From Spirochaetia bacterium (GTDB lineage: Bacteria; Spirochaetota; Spirochaetia; CAKZLE01): a stretch of DNA of 64,000 bases. Shown here one piece after another: positions 20,775-31,465 of this stretch; position 1 is the first letter of the stretch; every line of letters begins with the position of its first letter. The translations under genes and the position numbers were made by a program. The DNA lies in contig OY782041.1 in assembly GCA_963677595.1 (NCBI GenBank), positions 192,001 to 256,000 of the forward strand, in the 5' to 3' direction. The notes under the pieces were generated by a model. It did not search any database, was not told where the DNA came from, and was given only the letters and a program-made list of their open reading frames with translations.

Positions 20775-21626
20775 TCAGGCCCTGCCTTCAGAGCCTACCA
20801 TCGCCATCATCTCCTTGACTGCATCCTTCATCTTCGCAGTGGTCCTGCTCAAGATGGCCATCCAGTCAAGCTGGTCAGGTTCCTCGGAGAGGGTCACCTT
20901 CAGCTGGTCGATACCCGCCTTCCTGACTACCGTACTGAAATTGATCTTCGCGACCCCTCGCCCTATCGCGTCCACGACCTGAGACTGGGGGACCCCGGAC
21001 CCGCCGTGAAGGACGATCGGGACCTTCGTGCGGGCGGCGATCTCATCGAGCCGCTCCATATCGAGCTTGGGTTCTGACCGGTAGATGCCGTGAGCCGTCC
21101 CGATAGAGGCTGCAAAACAGTCGACACCCGATCGCTTGACGAACTCCTCGCATTGGAGGGGGTCAGACAGCGCGTTCTCACCGCCGGCACCCTCGACATC
21201 ATCGGTACCGCCGATCAGGCCTATCTCCCCTTCCACCGATACCCCTACCGCATGGGCTGCCTGAACGACATCTGCGGTGATCCTGATGTTCTCCTCGAAC
21301 GGCAGTCTCGAGCCGTCGAACATGACGGAACTGAACCCGTAGCGAATACATCGCATGGCCGTCCGGTAACTTGGTCCATGGTCCAGGTGGATGGCGATGG
21401 GGATCGTCATGTCAGCGGAGATCCTCTTCACTATGTCCGTGAAGACGAATCCGTCCATATAGTCGACCTCGCTCTCAGCCGCCTGGATGATCACGGGAGA
21501 CCGCATCTCCTCGGCAGCTGTGAGGATCGCCTGGATATACTCCAGGTTATTCGTGTTGAAGGCACCCACTGCATATCGGTTCTTCAATGCAGCATCAAGC
21601 AGTTCTTTCATCGGTACAATCGGCAT
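20775..21626 (-). CDS. Class II fructose/tagatose-bisphosphate aldolase
   Basis: HLDHG, SSVMFDGS, IGTAHG, VLHGGSG. Confidence 0.95.
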   Translation of the reverse strand: MPIVPMKELLDAALKNRYAVGAFNTNNLEYIQAILTAAEEMRSPVIIQAAESEVDYMDGFVFTDIVKRISADMTIPIAIHLDHGPSYRTAMRCIRYGFSSVMFDGSRLPFEENIRITADVVQAAHAVGVSVEGEIGLIGGTDDVEGAGGENALSDPLQCEEFVKRSGVDCFAASIGTAHGIYRSEPKLDMERLDEIAARTKVPIVLHGGSGVPQSQVVDAIGRGVAKINFSTVVRKAGIDQLKVTLSEEPDQLDWMAILSRTTAKMKDAVKEMMAMVGSEGRA

Positions 21627-21668
21627 GGCAGACTCCTCATCCTCATAGATTCTTCTCTCGGCTGACTG

Positions 21669-22535
21669 TCAGATACTGTAGATCGACTGGTCGCTCTCAA
21701 TCTTTGCGAGCATCTCCATATGCAGGTCCTTCCTGGTGAAGAAGAGCATATAGAAGAGCAAGTCGAATACGGCATACTCCGTGAGCCGGGTCTGGCTCCC
21801 GCCCCCCTCGAACATCTCATGATGGACGGAGGTGATGATCCGGACATCAGCCCACTTCATGATCGGTGATTTCAGGTAGTTCGACATACAGATGACCGGC
21901 AGCTTCATGCCGCTGACGATCTGCAGCGCCTCATTCACCAGCACCGATTCCCCCGACTGGGAGAATGCGAATGCGATATCCCCCCTCTTCATGTTCTGAG
22001 CCTGGAGCAGGGCCAGTTCGGGCAGCTCCGAGCAGATCGCCCTGATCCCGATCCTGCCGAGCCGGTAGACGAAATCATGGCAGACGGGAAGGGAGTTCCC
22101 CGCGGCGAAGACCTGTACCTGGTCGCAGTCGCTGATGAGCCTGACAGCCCGCTCAAGCTGGTTGACATCGAGGTGTTCATAGGTGTTCCGTATGTTGGTG
22201 ACTGCCAGGGAGAGTGAGCGCTCCATGAGCCCTGTCACGGTGTCTTCAGCCCCGATCGGTGCATCGACACTCTCCGTCTGCGTGGACCGGGCGATCTCGA
22301 TCTTCATCTGGTGGAACCCCTGGTACCCCATCTTCTTCGCGAACCTGATGATCGAAGCCTCACTCACCCCGCAGATATCAGAAAGCTCAGTCACGGTCTT
22401 GTCCGGGATATCATCGATGGAAGTCCTGATGAAATCTGAGAATCTCTGCTCCACGGCAGACATGTCGGCATAAGTCCGCTGGATCTGCAGAAGCAGGTCC
22501 GACCTGTTCAGGATCTTCTCCATCAACCACTCCAT
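21669..22535 (-). CDS. RpiR/MurR family transcriptional regulator
   Basis: VSEASIIRFAKKMGYQGF HTH plus SIS domain (FSQSGE). Confidence 0.93.
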   Translation of the reverse strand: MEWLMEKILNRSDLLLQIQRTYADMSAVEQRFSDFIRTSIDDIPDKTVTELSDICGVSEASIIRFAKKMGYQGFHQMKIEIARSTQTESVDAPIGAEDTVTGLMERSLSLAVTNIRNTYEHLDVNQLERAVRLISDCDQVQVFAAGNSLPVCHDFVYRLGRIGIRAICSELPELALLQAQNMKRGDIAFAFSQSGESVLVNEALQIVSGMKLPVICMSNYLKSPIMKWADVRIITSVHHEMFEGGGSQTRLTEYAVFDLLFYMLFFTRKDLHMEMLAKIESDQSIYSI

Positions 22536-22708
22536 GAAATTTTTATTCTTACTTACTAGATTCTATGAAGGAATTTTTCACTTGTCAAGTTTTCTTAACA
22601 TTTTTTTCAAAAACAGGGATGAGCAGACACCGGACACCAGCCCCCCCCTCTTCTTCGAGAAGAGTATCAGTGAGATCATACTTTTTGGAACTGATAGGAA
22701 CAGGATAC

Positions 22709-23020
22709 TCAGCGGAACTTCACGGCAGTACCATAGACCAGTACCTCGGCAGCACCCTGCATGATGTTGCTCGTGGCATACCGTATATTGACCACGGCAT
22801 CTGCGCCGAGCTCCTCGGCTTCGGTGACCATCCGCTTGGTAGCGATAGCACGGGCCTCGTTGAGCATCTCGGCATAGCCATCGAGCTCACCGCCGACGAT
22901 GGTCTTCAACCCTGCAAGGATATCCTTGCCCAGGTGTTTCGACTGGATGGTGGAGCCTTTCACGATGCTGATGGTCTCCAGGTCCTTCCCTGAAATGTGA
23001 TCAGTATTTACTAAGATCAT
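22709..23020 (-). CDS. YbjQ/UPF0145 family protein
   Basis: GLKTIVGGEL, LGADAVV, YGTAV. Confidence 0.92.
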   Translation of the reverse strand: MILVNTDHISGKDLETISIVKGSTIQSKHLGKDILAGLKTIVGGELDGYAEMLNEARAIATKRMVTEAEELGADAVVNIRYATSNIMQGAAEVLVYGTAVKFR

Positions 23021-23222
23021 CCAAGTCCTCCTTCTCGATCTCCCGATACCGCCGGTAGAGCACATACCCCATGGCAATGATCACCGCAAGGAACCCTAAA
23101 GCGATGAGCACCTTGATCCAGACGCTCATCGGTATCTGCATGATCATGGCGAAGTAGAGTATGACAAACGCTGTGAAGATCAGCGCGAATATGATCGGCG
23201 CAACCATCTTCTGCATGTTCAT
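23001..23222 (-). CDS. Small two-TM membrane protein
   Basis: Two hydrophobic helices, R.REI...DDLSKY tail, GGAGG RBS. Confidence 0.7.
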   Translation of the reverse strand: MNMQKMVAPIIFALIFTAFVILYFAMIMQIPMSVWIKVLIALGFLAVIIAMGYVLYRRYREIEKEDLDDLSKY

Positions 23223-23351
23223 AAACGACCTCCCGGACTTCTGGATACATGTATAGTATAGCGTGAGTAAATCCAGTTTCCTACTGTTTTTACAAAAAAA
23301 GACCGACATTCCTGCCGATCTTCTCGTATCTATATGCTGTAGTACGCGCCG

Positions 23352-25142
23352 CTACCGGATCAGGACTGCCTTGATCCTCCGGACCCCGGCAGATGAGGAC
23401 TGCTCTTTCTTGATCTTGAAGGTCCCCATCGTGCCGGTCCGCTCGACATGTGGTCCGCCGCAGACCTCCTTTGAGAACTCACCGATGGTATAGACCTTCA
23501 CCTGTTCCCCGTACTTGCTGTCGAAGAACGCGAGGGCTCCAGCATCTCGGGCCTCCTCGAGCGTCATGATCTCCATGGTCACCGGAAGGTCTCTGCTGAT
23601 CTGCTCATTGACCACCTTCTCGATCTCGTCGAGCTGTTCGCGGGTCACCTTGTCCGGGTTGGTGAAGTCGAACCTGAGCCGTTCCGCCGTGATGTTGCTC
23701 CCCATCTGCTGTACATGGTCCCCGAGGAGGTTCCTTAAGGCACGGTGCAGCAGGTGTGTTGCAGTATGGAGCGCCGTCGTCATGTCTGAGTGGTCGGCAA
23801 GACCTCCCTTGAAGTTCTTCTCGGCCCCTGCACGGGATGCTTCCTGGTGTTTCTCGAACGCCTTGGCAAACCCTTCCCGGTCGACGGTGAACTCATGCTC
23901 TGCAGCAAGCTCCTCGGTGAGTTCCAAGGGGAACCCGTAGGTATCATAGAGCTTGAAGGCGATCCGGCCGGGAATGACCCGGGCCTTCCCCTTCATCAGG
24001 TTTGGGAGGATCTTCTGGAACTCATGCTCCCCCTTCTGCAGGGTCGCTGAGAACCGCTCCTCCTCCTTGTCGAGCTCCTCCCTGATGGAGTCAGCCTTAC
24101 CGGCAAGGACCGGATACGCTTCAGCATAGACCTCGAGCACATAGGAGACCAGCTGTGAGAGGAAAGCCCCCTCGATCCCGAGCTTCTTGCCGTGCCTGAC
24201 CGCACGCCTGATCAGGCGCCGCAGGATATATCCCTGGCCGAGGTTCGACGGGGTGATCGTCTTCTCATCGCCGAGCAGGAAGACCGACGTCCTGATATGG
24301 TCAGCAATGATCCTGATGGACATGTCAGCTGACCCGTCCTGTCCGTAGGTCTTGCCGGAGAGGTTCTCTATAGCCGCGATCAGCGGTCCGAAGACCTCGG
24401 TCTCGTAGACCGATCCCTTCCCCTGGAGCATCGCGATCGTACGCTCGATCCCCATGCCGGTATCGACGCACTTCCGCGCCAGCGGCAGGTAGCTCCCGTC
24501 AGCCTGCTTGTTATACTGCATGAAGACATCGTTCCAGATCTCGAAATACTTGCCGCAGTGGCATCCCGGGGCACAGCTTGGGCTGCATGCCGGCTTGCCG
24601 GTATCGATGAACATCTCCGAGTCAGGCCCGCACGGTCCTGTCTCTCCTGCCGGTCCCCACCAGTTATCCTTCCGCGGGAGGAAGAAGATCCTCTCCTCGG
24701 GGATCCCGAGACTCTTCCAGAGTTCTGCAGACTCGGTATCCCTTGGGACCTCGTCGTCGCCGGCGAAGATGGTGACCGAGAGCCGGTCCACGTCGAAACC
24801 GAGCCATTCGGGGGAGGTCAGGAACTCGAAGCTCATCCTGATCGCCTCATCCTTGAAGTAGTCCCCGAGGGACCAGTTACCGAGCATCTCGAAGAAGGTG
24901 AGATGGCTTGGGTCCCCGACCGACTCGATATCGCCGGTACGGATACACTTCTGGTAGTCAGTGAGGCGCGTCCCAGCAGGGTGAGGTTCCCCGAGCAGGT
25001 ACGGCACGAGCGGATGCATGCCTGCTGTGGTGAAGAGGACCGTCGGGTCATTCTCCGGGACCAGTGACTGTCCCGAGATCTGTGCATGGTTCTTCGATAC
25101 GAAGAAATCGATATATTTTTTGCGTAACTCATGTGCTTTCAT
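23352..25142 (-). CDS. alaS: Alanine--tRNA ligase (short form lacking C-Ala domain)
   Basis: LFTTAGM, FFEMLGN, DTGMGIER, HTATH, CGGPHV. Confidence 0.97.
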   Translation of the reverse strand: MKAHELRKKYIDFFVSKNHAQISGQSLVPENDPTVLFTTAGMHPLVPYLLGEPHPAGTRLTDYQKCIRTGDIESVGDPSHLTFFEMLGNWSLGDYFKDEAIRMSFEFLTSPEWLGFDVDRLSVTIFAGDDEVPRDTESAELWKSLGIPEERIFFLPRKDNWWGPAGETGPCGPDSEMFIDTGKPACSPSCAPGCHCGKYFEIWNDVFMQYNKQADGSYLPLARKCVDTGMGIERTIAMLQGKGSVYETEVFGPLIAAIENLSGKTYGQDGSADMSIRIIADHIRTSVFLLGDEKTITPSNLGQGYILRRLIRRAVRHGKKLGIEGAFLSQLVSYVLEVYAEAYPVLAGKADSIREELDKEEERFSATLQKGEHEFQKILPNLMKGKARVIPGRIAFKLYDTYGFPLELTEELAAEHEFTVDREGFAKAFEKHQEASRAGAEKNFKGGLADHSDMTTALHTATHLLHRALRNLLGDHVQQMGSNITAERLRFDFTNPDKVTREQLDEIEKVVNEQISRDLPVTMEIMTLEEARDAGALAFFDSKYGEQVKVYTIGEFSKEVCGGPHVERTGTMGTFKIKKEQSSSAGVRRIKAVLIR

Positions 25143-25257
25143 GGGATTGATACTATGCAAGGAACGTCATATTGTCAACTGTCCCGGGCTCACCAACCGT
25201 ACCGGAGGGACAGTATTTTTACATCTCCCAGGGAAGTTCGGTCACACCGTCCCCTGC

Positions 25258-26442
25258 TCACCGCAGGCTCGCTGCATCTGCAGCATACCTGACCTTTGAT
25301 GCCCCGCAGCTGTGTGCAAGTCGCTGTACTGCGGACCGGATTGCACGGCAGGTCTCCTGATCCGGGATGAACCCCTCCTCAGGCCACCAGCTGCGTACCA
25401 GGAGGGTCCCTGTGCCCTTCTCGAGCACAGGTTCCAACCTGCCGATGAACCGGTCCCCGCAGAGGACCGGCAGCACATAGTACCCGTACTGTCGCTTGAC
25501 TGCCGGGGTATAGACCTCCCACCGGTAATGGAACCCGAAGAGCTCCTCAATGAGGTTCCTGTCCCAGATCATGCAGTCCAGCGGGGCAATGAGGGACGCT
25601 TCGGTGAACGTAGTGTCTCTCATTTCATGGAGGAGGTGCTCAGCCCATGACGGGATGTAAAACCCATCCCCATGGCCCTCGACTGTAACTTCCGTGACGC
25701 TCCCCGCCTCGATGAGCGCCTGCCATGCAGCCTTCCGCTGTACCGAACTCATCTCCATGCCGAGCCATGCATCGCTCGGGCGGTCCCACATGAGGCCCAC
25801 GGAGGCGATCCTTCTACCCAGGTACCACTGGTGGTACTCCTGCTCGCTGCTGAAGGGGTCAGGTGCATTGAGGATATCGGGAGGGATGAGATCCTCACTC
25901 CTCCCATAATACTTCCGTACCCCCTCCTTGTGGTGGACTATAAGCTCCCCGCTGTGGTACATGCTCTCGAGCACTGCCCTGCCCAGCTTTGCCGGAGCCC
26001 AGGCCCAATCCACCAGCCGGTCCTCCCCGATGTCTCCGGAAGAGATGTAGGGGTGGTCCCGTAGGTAGGCTGCTACCTCCCGGCGCATCCGGCCGAACTC
26101 ATGATCCCTTTTTCGGTAATGGTCCCTGAAAGTCTCACGTTTCCTTCTAAAGCAGGGCCAGTCCCCCACTGGGATGATCGACATGTTCTTGTCCCAGCCG
26201 TCGAAGAGCTTGCGCTGCCCGTAGAGCAGGTCATACAGCACCTGCGGGGTATACCCGTCACAGCGGGCAGCAAGCATGAGGTCCGCATTCCTCATGACTG
26301 TGCAGAGCGGATCATACTGCAGGCAGCCGACACGCTGCACATACTGCAGGATGTCCTCCTCCCCGGAGAGCCTTCCCTTGCTTTCGAGGTGGTGGTAGCG
26401 TGATAGGTACGATAATGCACGACCTGCCGATATGGTGATCAT
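25258..26442 (-). CDS. YcaQ/AlkZ family (HTH_42) DNA crosslink-repair glycosylase
   Basis: LQYDP catalytic QxD motif; LIAPLD..IWDR; YRWEVYTP..KRQYGYYVLP. Confidence 0.9.
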   Translation of the reverse strand: MITISAGRALSYLSRYHHLESKGRLSGEEDILQYVQRVGCLQYDPLCTVMRNADLMLAARCDGYTPQVLYDLLYGQRKLFDGWDKNMSIIPVGDWPCFRRKRETFRDHYRKRDHEFGRMRREVAAYLRDHPYISSGDIGEDRLVDWAWAPAKLGRAVLESMYHSGELIVHHKEGVRKYYGRSEDLIPPDILNAPDPFSSEQEYHQWYLGRRIASVGLMWDRPSDAWLGMEMSSVQRKAAWQALIEAGSVTEVTVEGHGDGFYIPSWAEHLLHEMRDTTFTEASLIAPLDCMIWDRNLIEELFGFHYRWEVYTPAVKRQYGYYVLPVLCGDRFIGRLEPVLEKGTGTLLVRSWWPEEGFIPDQETCRAIRSAVQRLAHSCGASKVRYAADAASLR

Positions 26443-26525
26443 TATTGTCTCCCTCCCCTTCTCATCCTGGTCTCTCCTATTCTGCGGCAAAACGCCGGCT
26501 CTGTATAGGAAAAAGGAACAATCAT

Positions 26526-26574
26526 TGGACATCTGCTGCGTTTGCCGGTATACTGGCAATGCAAACGCTTGCAT
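26526..26574 (+). promoter_or_regulatory. Promoter with LacI-type operator
   Basis: TGGACA-17-TATACT followed by palindrome ATGCAAACGCTTGCAT (26559-26574). Confidence 0.7.
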
Positions 26575-26586
26575 CAAGGAGGTCGT

Positions 26587-27390
26587 ATGCATACCCTAAG
26601 ATCCCTGCTGCTCATAGCTGCAGCAGCTGCCATACTGGTTTCCTGCCGGAGTCTGCCTCATGAACCGGGCATCTATCTGGACACTGGGACCGGCGAGGTC
26701 GAGTCGGGAGGCACCCTCCCGCTTTCCGCCTTCATCGACCTGCCGGCCGGGACCACGTCCTATACCTTTGAGTGGGAGACGAGCGGGGGAACCATCAGGA
26801 AGACGAGAGTCGAGAATGCGGTGGACTTCATGGCCCCGCAGGCAGAAGGAGTCTCAGAGATCACGGTCACCTACCGTGGTGATGGACTCCTCCTCACGGA
26901 CACTGCAGCAGTGAAGGTCCTGCAAAGCGGCGCCCTGGCCCCTGAGTCAACGGTCCTGATCAAGGTCGATACGAACACCCTCTCCGGTGTCTTCGTCGAC
27001 GAGAAGGCCCCTGCGGAGTCCTTCACCCCGCCCCTCACCATCAAGGGGACCTTCACCTACGACCCCTCTTCCGGACATGCCGCCTCAGGCGGTAACTGGC
27101 AGACCTATCTGATGTACGATGACGGGACCCATGGAGATGAGACGGCAGATGACGGGATCTGGTCCCTCCTCATGGTCTTCGAGAAGACGACCGAGAAGGT
27201 CTACTTTGCCTTCGATGAGGCTTCCCCCTACCGTGTGCAGTGGGAATCGGGACTCGCCTGGAGGCTTAAGGTCGCCTGGATAGACCTTGACGACTTCCCG
27301 AACGACCGGAGCAACCCGGCATTCATACCTGAGAAGGACCAGATCCTCTTCTGGGATGCCGGGATGGCTGAAGCAGGAGGCCTGCGATGA
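26587..27390 (+). CDS. Lipoprotein with Ig-like / possible glucan-binding domains
   Basis: Lipobox LVSC; MYDDGTHGDETADDGIW motif; overlaps the start of the GH13 gene. Confidence 0.75.
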   Translation: MHTLRSLLLIAAAAAILVSCRSLPHEPGIYLDTGTGEVESGGTLPLSAFIDLPAGTTSYTFEWETSGGTIRKTRVENAVDFMAPQAEGVSEITVTYRGDGLLLTDTAAVKVLQSGALAPESTVLIKVDTNTLSGVFVDEKAPAESFTPPLTIKGTFTYDPSSGHAASGGNWQTYLMYDDGTHGDETADDGIWSLLMVFEKTTEKVYFAFDEASPYRVQWESGLAWRLKVAWIDLDDFPNDRSNPAFIPEKDQILFWDAGMAEAGGLR

Positions 27391-29864
27391 AACGACTCAT
27401 GATGATCACACTCCTCATACTGCTTACCGTCAGTACTGCAGCAGCCAAACAGCCGAGGCTCCAGGGGAAGTATATCTACAGTGACGGCACTGACTTCTTC
27501 CGCAGCCCCTCCTCCCCCGAAGTCGGGGAACCTGTCCTGATACGCATACAGGTCCGCACCGGCATGGCAGACGGGGTCTTGCTCCACCTCCCCGGGCGCG
27601 CACCGATATGGATGGCGCCACAGTCTGAGGAGGGGATCTTCACAATCTATGCGGCAGAGACACCGCCGATCATGGAGCAAACCAGCTACTACTTCCAGAT
27701 CACCCAGGGGGACAAGCAGGTCTTCTACTCCCGCAGGGGTGTCGAGGCCGGGACCCCGCCGACGGGTGTCCAGTTCCGTATCCAGCCGGGCTTCACCATC
27801 CCCGGGTGGATGGAAGGGGCAGTCCTCTACCAGGTCTTCACCGACCGGTTCTCTAACGGGGACCCCACCAATGATGTCCGTACGAACGAATACCTCTATG
27901 ACAACTACCCGGCGGTCGCAAAGGAGTGGGAAACACTCCCTGACAGCAGCAGGACCTATGCTGATGGATCAGACCGGACAAGAGAGTTCTACGGCGGGGA
28001 CATCCAGGGACTCATCGACAAGCTCGACTACCTGCAGGGTCTTGGGATCGAGGGGATCTACCTCAACCCGGTCTTCGTCTCGCCCTCGAACCATAAGTAC
28101 GATACACAGGATTATTACCACATCGATCCCCACTTCGGGGTGATCGTGCATGATGATGAGAGCCTGATCGTCCCGGGAGAGGACCCGAACTACGGCTCAC
28201 CGAAGTTTGACAGCGCCTCTACGGTGAACAGGGATGCTGCCGGGTATATCACGAGGACGACGGATGAGGCGAACCTCGCTGCCTCCGATGCCCTGTTCAA
28301 GCAGTTCGTAGACGAAGCCCATGCACGAGGGATCAGGGTCATCCTCGATGGGGTCTTCAACCATGCAGGATCCTTCAATCGGTGGTTCGACCGGGAGCAT
28401 CTCTATCCTTCCGACGGGGCGTATGAATCAGCTGGTTCACTCTGGGACGACTGGTTCATATTCCATGACCCCGACGGGTTCCCGGACAACGAGTCGTACG
28501 AAGCCTGGTATGGATTCAAGACCCTGCCGAAGATCAACATCTACGACGGATCGCCTGCCGAGCAGGCCATCCTCGACATCGCGGCGTACTGGGTCGGCCC
28601 CGAAATCGGGGTCGACGGCTGGCGGCTCGATGTCGCCGCAGAGGTGGGGACCACGGCAGAGTACAACCATACCTTCTGGGAACGCTTCAGGCAGGCGGTG
28701 AAGAAGGCGAATCCCGATGCCGTCATTTTAGCGGAGGTATACGGGGATTCATCCCCCTGGCTCGAGGGGGACGAGTGGGATACCATCATGAACTACGATG
28801 CGTTCTTCGATCCGGTCTCCTACTTCCTGACCGGGATGGAGAAACACAGCTGGAGCGAGTCGATCGAACTGCTGGACAACACGGATACCTTCTCCTCCAC
28901 CCTCGCAGACCGGATGGCGAGGCTCCCCTGGTCGTCGCTCTCATCGGCGATGAACGAACTCTCGAACCACGACCACTCGCGGTTCTACACCAGGACCGGC
29001 CGGTATGTGGATGCGACCAAGGCATCGCAGGACATCTCCGACCCGGCACTGGCGGATGACGGTCTGGACGAAGGGGTCCTCAAAGAGGCAGTACTCATGC
29101 AAATGTTCATGCCCGGGGCCCCGACCATCTACTACGGGGAGGAGGCCGGCCTCGCCGGCTTCACAGACCCGGACAGCAGGAGGACCTACCCCTGGGGGAC
29201 GGAGGATGAGAGTATCCTCTCCTTCTATCACGACGTGATCAGCCTGAGGACGCAGTTCAGCTGCGTCAGGGACGGCAGCTTCATGATCCTGCCAACCGGC
29301 AGGAAAGGGGTCTTCGCCTTCTCCCGCTGGGATGATGCCGACCAGGTGGTCGTCGTCACGAACAACCGTGAGGAGATGGTGCAGGTCAGCATCCCTGTGG
29401 ACCTGGCAGGGATCGATGAGAGGACACCGATGGAAGTGATCCTCTCCACGACTGCGGAAGACCATTCCACACAGGTAGTACCCGTAACACCAACGACAGA
29501 AGGCCTGCAGCTCGAACTGCCGCCACACGGGGGCATGGTGATCCAGGCCTCACGGGAGACGGTGAGAGACCGTGAGCTCTCCCGCCCGAAGGTGACAGGA
29601 TTCTCCATACCGAACGATGAGGTCCGTGGTTCAGTCACGATCCATTTCGACCGGCTCATGGACCCGAGGATGATCATCGACGCATTCTCCATGAGCCCGA
29701 AGCGGAACGGGCGGTTCTACTGGAACGGGCACTCGGTGACCTTCATCCCCTCTGCGGCAGTCTTCCCGGGTGAGTACACGATAACCATCGATGATACCAT
29801 CCGGTCAGTCGAGGGGAACCTCTCCCTTGAGGCACCGGTCAGCTGGAGGTTCACGGTACACTAA
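27387..29864 (+). CDS. Secreted GH13 alpha-amylase/neopullulanase family glycoside hydrolase with C-terminal Ig-like domain
   Basis: Signal peptide; DGVFNH, GWRLDVA, AEVY, NHD, YYGEEAG. Confidence 0.93.
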   Translation: MKRLMMITLLILLTVSTAAAKQPRLQGKYIYSDGTDFFRSPSSPEVGEPVLIRIQVRTGMADGVLLHLPGRAPIWMAPQSEEGIFTIYAAETPPIMEQTSYYFQITQGDKQVFYSRRGVEAGTPPTGVQFRIQPGFTIPGWMEGAVLYQVFTDRFSNGDPTNDVRTNEYLYDNYPAVAKEWETLPDSSRTYADGSDRTREFYGGDIQGLIDKLDYLQGLGIEGIYLNPVFVSPSNHKYDTQDYYHIDPHFGVIVHDDESLIVPGEDPNYGSPKFDSASTVNRDAAGYITRTTDEANLAASDALFKQFVDEAHARGIRVILDGVFNHAGSFNRWFDREHLYPSDGAYESAGSLWDDWFIFHDPDGFPDNESYEAWYGFKTLPKINIYDGSPAEQAILDIAAYWVGPEIGVDGWRLDVAAEVGTTAEYNHTFWERFRQAVKKANPDAVILAEVYGDSSPWLEGDEWDTIMNYDAFFDPVSYFLTGMEKHSWSESIELLDNTDTFSSTLADRMARLPWSSLSSAMNELSNHDHSRFYTRTGRYVDATKASQDISDPALADDGLDEGVLKEAVLMQMFMPGAPTIYYGEEAGLAGFTDPDSRRTYPWGTEDESILSFYHDVISLRTQFSCVRDGSFMILPTGRKGVFAFSRWDDADQVVVVTNNREEMVQVSIPVDLAGIDERTPMEVILSTTAEDHSTQVVPVTPTTEGLQLELPPHGGMVIQASRETVRDRELSRPKVTGFSIPNDEVRGSVTIHFDRLMDPRMIIDAFSMSPKRNGRFYWNGHSVTFIPSAAVFPGEYTITIDDTIRSVEGNLSLEAPVSWRFTVH

Positions 29865-30042
29865 GGGTTTCACAGGCAGTTTCCATAGGAAGCTGCCTGT
29901 ACTCCCGTGCAAACCGCAGCTTCTGGCTACGCGGTCATGCAATCGCTTCCATGGTTTTCACGACAGTTTTTACATATATGTCAAATATTCTCCTGTTTTC
30001 ATCCTGTTTTCGTTGAATGCTTGGTTTCGATGCAAAAAAACC

Positions 30043-30089
30043 TTGACAGATCGAACATTTCAGGTCCATAATTAATGCAATCGGTTGCA
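30043..30089 (+). promoter_or_regulatory. Promoter with LacI-type operator for the maltodextrin ABC operon
   Basis: TTGACA-18-CATAAT then TGCAATCGGTTGCA (30076-30089); a weaker site TGCAATCGCTTCCA near 29938. Confidence 0.7.
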
Positions 30090-30125
30090 CTGATTGTGCA
30101 AAGACAAACATCAATTATCAGGAGA

Positions 30126-31352
30126 ATGAAAATGAAGAAGATTTTATGTATCCTTCTCGCATTGACCGTCATGGCCGTACCGCTCTTTGCCGGTGGCCAG
30201 CAGGAAAAGACGACAGGGCCGGTGACCCTGACCCTGTGGACGCAGGAAGGCCAGTCAGAGAATGCGTTCCAGTTCGTGGAGAAACTTGCCAATGAGTATG
30301 CGGCCTCGACGAACATCGTCGCAGCCATCGAGGTCCTCAATAAAGAGACCGAGGCCCTCAGGGAGGATTTCCAGACAGCATCACTGGCCGGGACATCGCC
30401 CGACCTGCTCTGGACCGTGAACGACCATGCCGGCCCATTCGTCACTGCAGGGCTCATCCAGCCGGTCGAGAACCTCGTTGACATGAATGACTATGTCGAA
30501 TCGGTCATCATGGATGGCCATACCTGGGGAGTCCCTATCTCTTCGGGTAACCACCTCATGCTCCTCTACAACAAGAAATATATCACGACCCCGCCGGCAA
30601 CGACTGATGAGTTGATCGCCATGGCACAGGCAAACACGAAAGGCGACATGTACGGGCTCGCCTTCAATCTCGGGGAAGCCTTCTGGCTCGCACCCTGGCT
30701 CGGAGGGTTCGGCGGCAGAGTCTTCGCCGATGACGGCGTGACCCCGAGCCTCAACACGCCGGAAATGGTCGCCACCCTCGACTTCATGCAATCCCTCACC
30801 TATGACTACAAGGTCACACCGCTCGAGGCCGATTACGCAGTTGCCGACACCCTCTTCAAGGAGGGCAAGGCTGCCATGATCATCAACGGCGACTGGTCAC
30901 TCGGCGGGTATGCCGATGTCCTCGGTGATGACTTCGGTGCAGCTCCCCTGCCAAAGGTCGTAGCAACCGGTCTCTATCCAGCCCCCTACACGTCAGGGAA
31001 GTACTTCATGATCCCGGAAGACCTCGCACCCGAGAAGGTCGAGGCAGTCGTGGGCTTCATCAAGTTCGTGACTTCGAAGGCAAAACAGTATGAGCAGCTC
31101 GAGGTCCTCAACAGGCTTCCTGCCCTGAAGGCAGCCATGGATCATCCCGACATCGAGAATGACCCGGTCCTTGCCGGATCGATCGCGCAGCTGGCTAAGG
31201 GTACCCCGATGCCGTCAGTCCTCGAGATGAGGGCTATCTGGGACGCCATCAACCCCGAGCAGTCTGCGGTCATGGCAGGGACCCTCTCACCGGCAGAGGC
31301 TGCTGCCAACATGCAGGCTGCCGCAGTTACCGGCATCGAGAACCTGCAGTAA
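30126..31352 (+). CDS. Maltose/maltodextrin ABC substrate-binding protein
   Basis: Signal FAGGQ; LFKEGKAAMIINGDW; PMPSVLEMRAIW (MalE/CycB-like). Confidence 0.88.
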   Translation: MKMKKILCILLALTVMAVPLFAGGQQEKTTGPVTLTLWTQEGQSENAFQFVEKLANEYAASTNIVAAIEVLNKETEALREDFQTASLAGTSPDLLWTVNDHAGPFVTAGLIQPVENLVDMNDYVESVIMDGHTWGVPISSGNHLMLLYNKKYITTPPATTDELIAMAQANTKGDMYGLAFNLGEAFWLAPWLGGFGGRVFADDGVTPSLNTPEMVATLDFMQSLTYDYKVTPLEADYAVADTLFKEGKAAMIINGDWSLGGYADVLGDDFGAAPLPKVVATGLYPAPYTSGKYFMIPEDLAPEKVEAVVGFIKFVTSKAKQYEQLEVLNRLPALKAAMDHPDIENDPVLAGSIAQLAKGTPMPSVLEMRAIWDAINPEQSAVMAGTLSPAEAAANMQAAAVTGIENLQ

Positions 31353-31465
31353 CGCACACCCATCCCTGGCATCTCCAGCTCCTGCTGGAGATGCCTTCCG
31401 CTCTTGAAGCATCGGAGGGGACCAGTCCTCAGGCACTGACCGTCCCCTCTTAGTGGAGGTATTTC

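Noticed and set aside
27920-27927. AAAGGAGT matches (also 32459-32466) as targets of the orphan guide
   Set aside because: Neither has ATCAAAA 9 nt upstream; no full predicted target was found in this window by eye.
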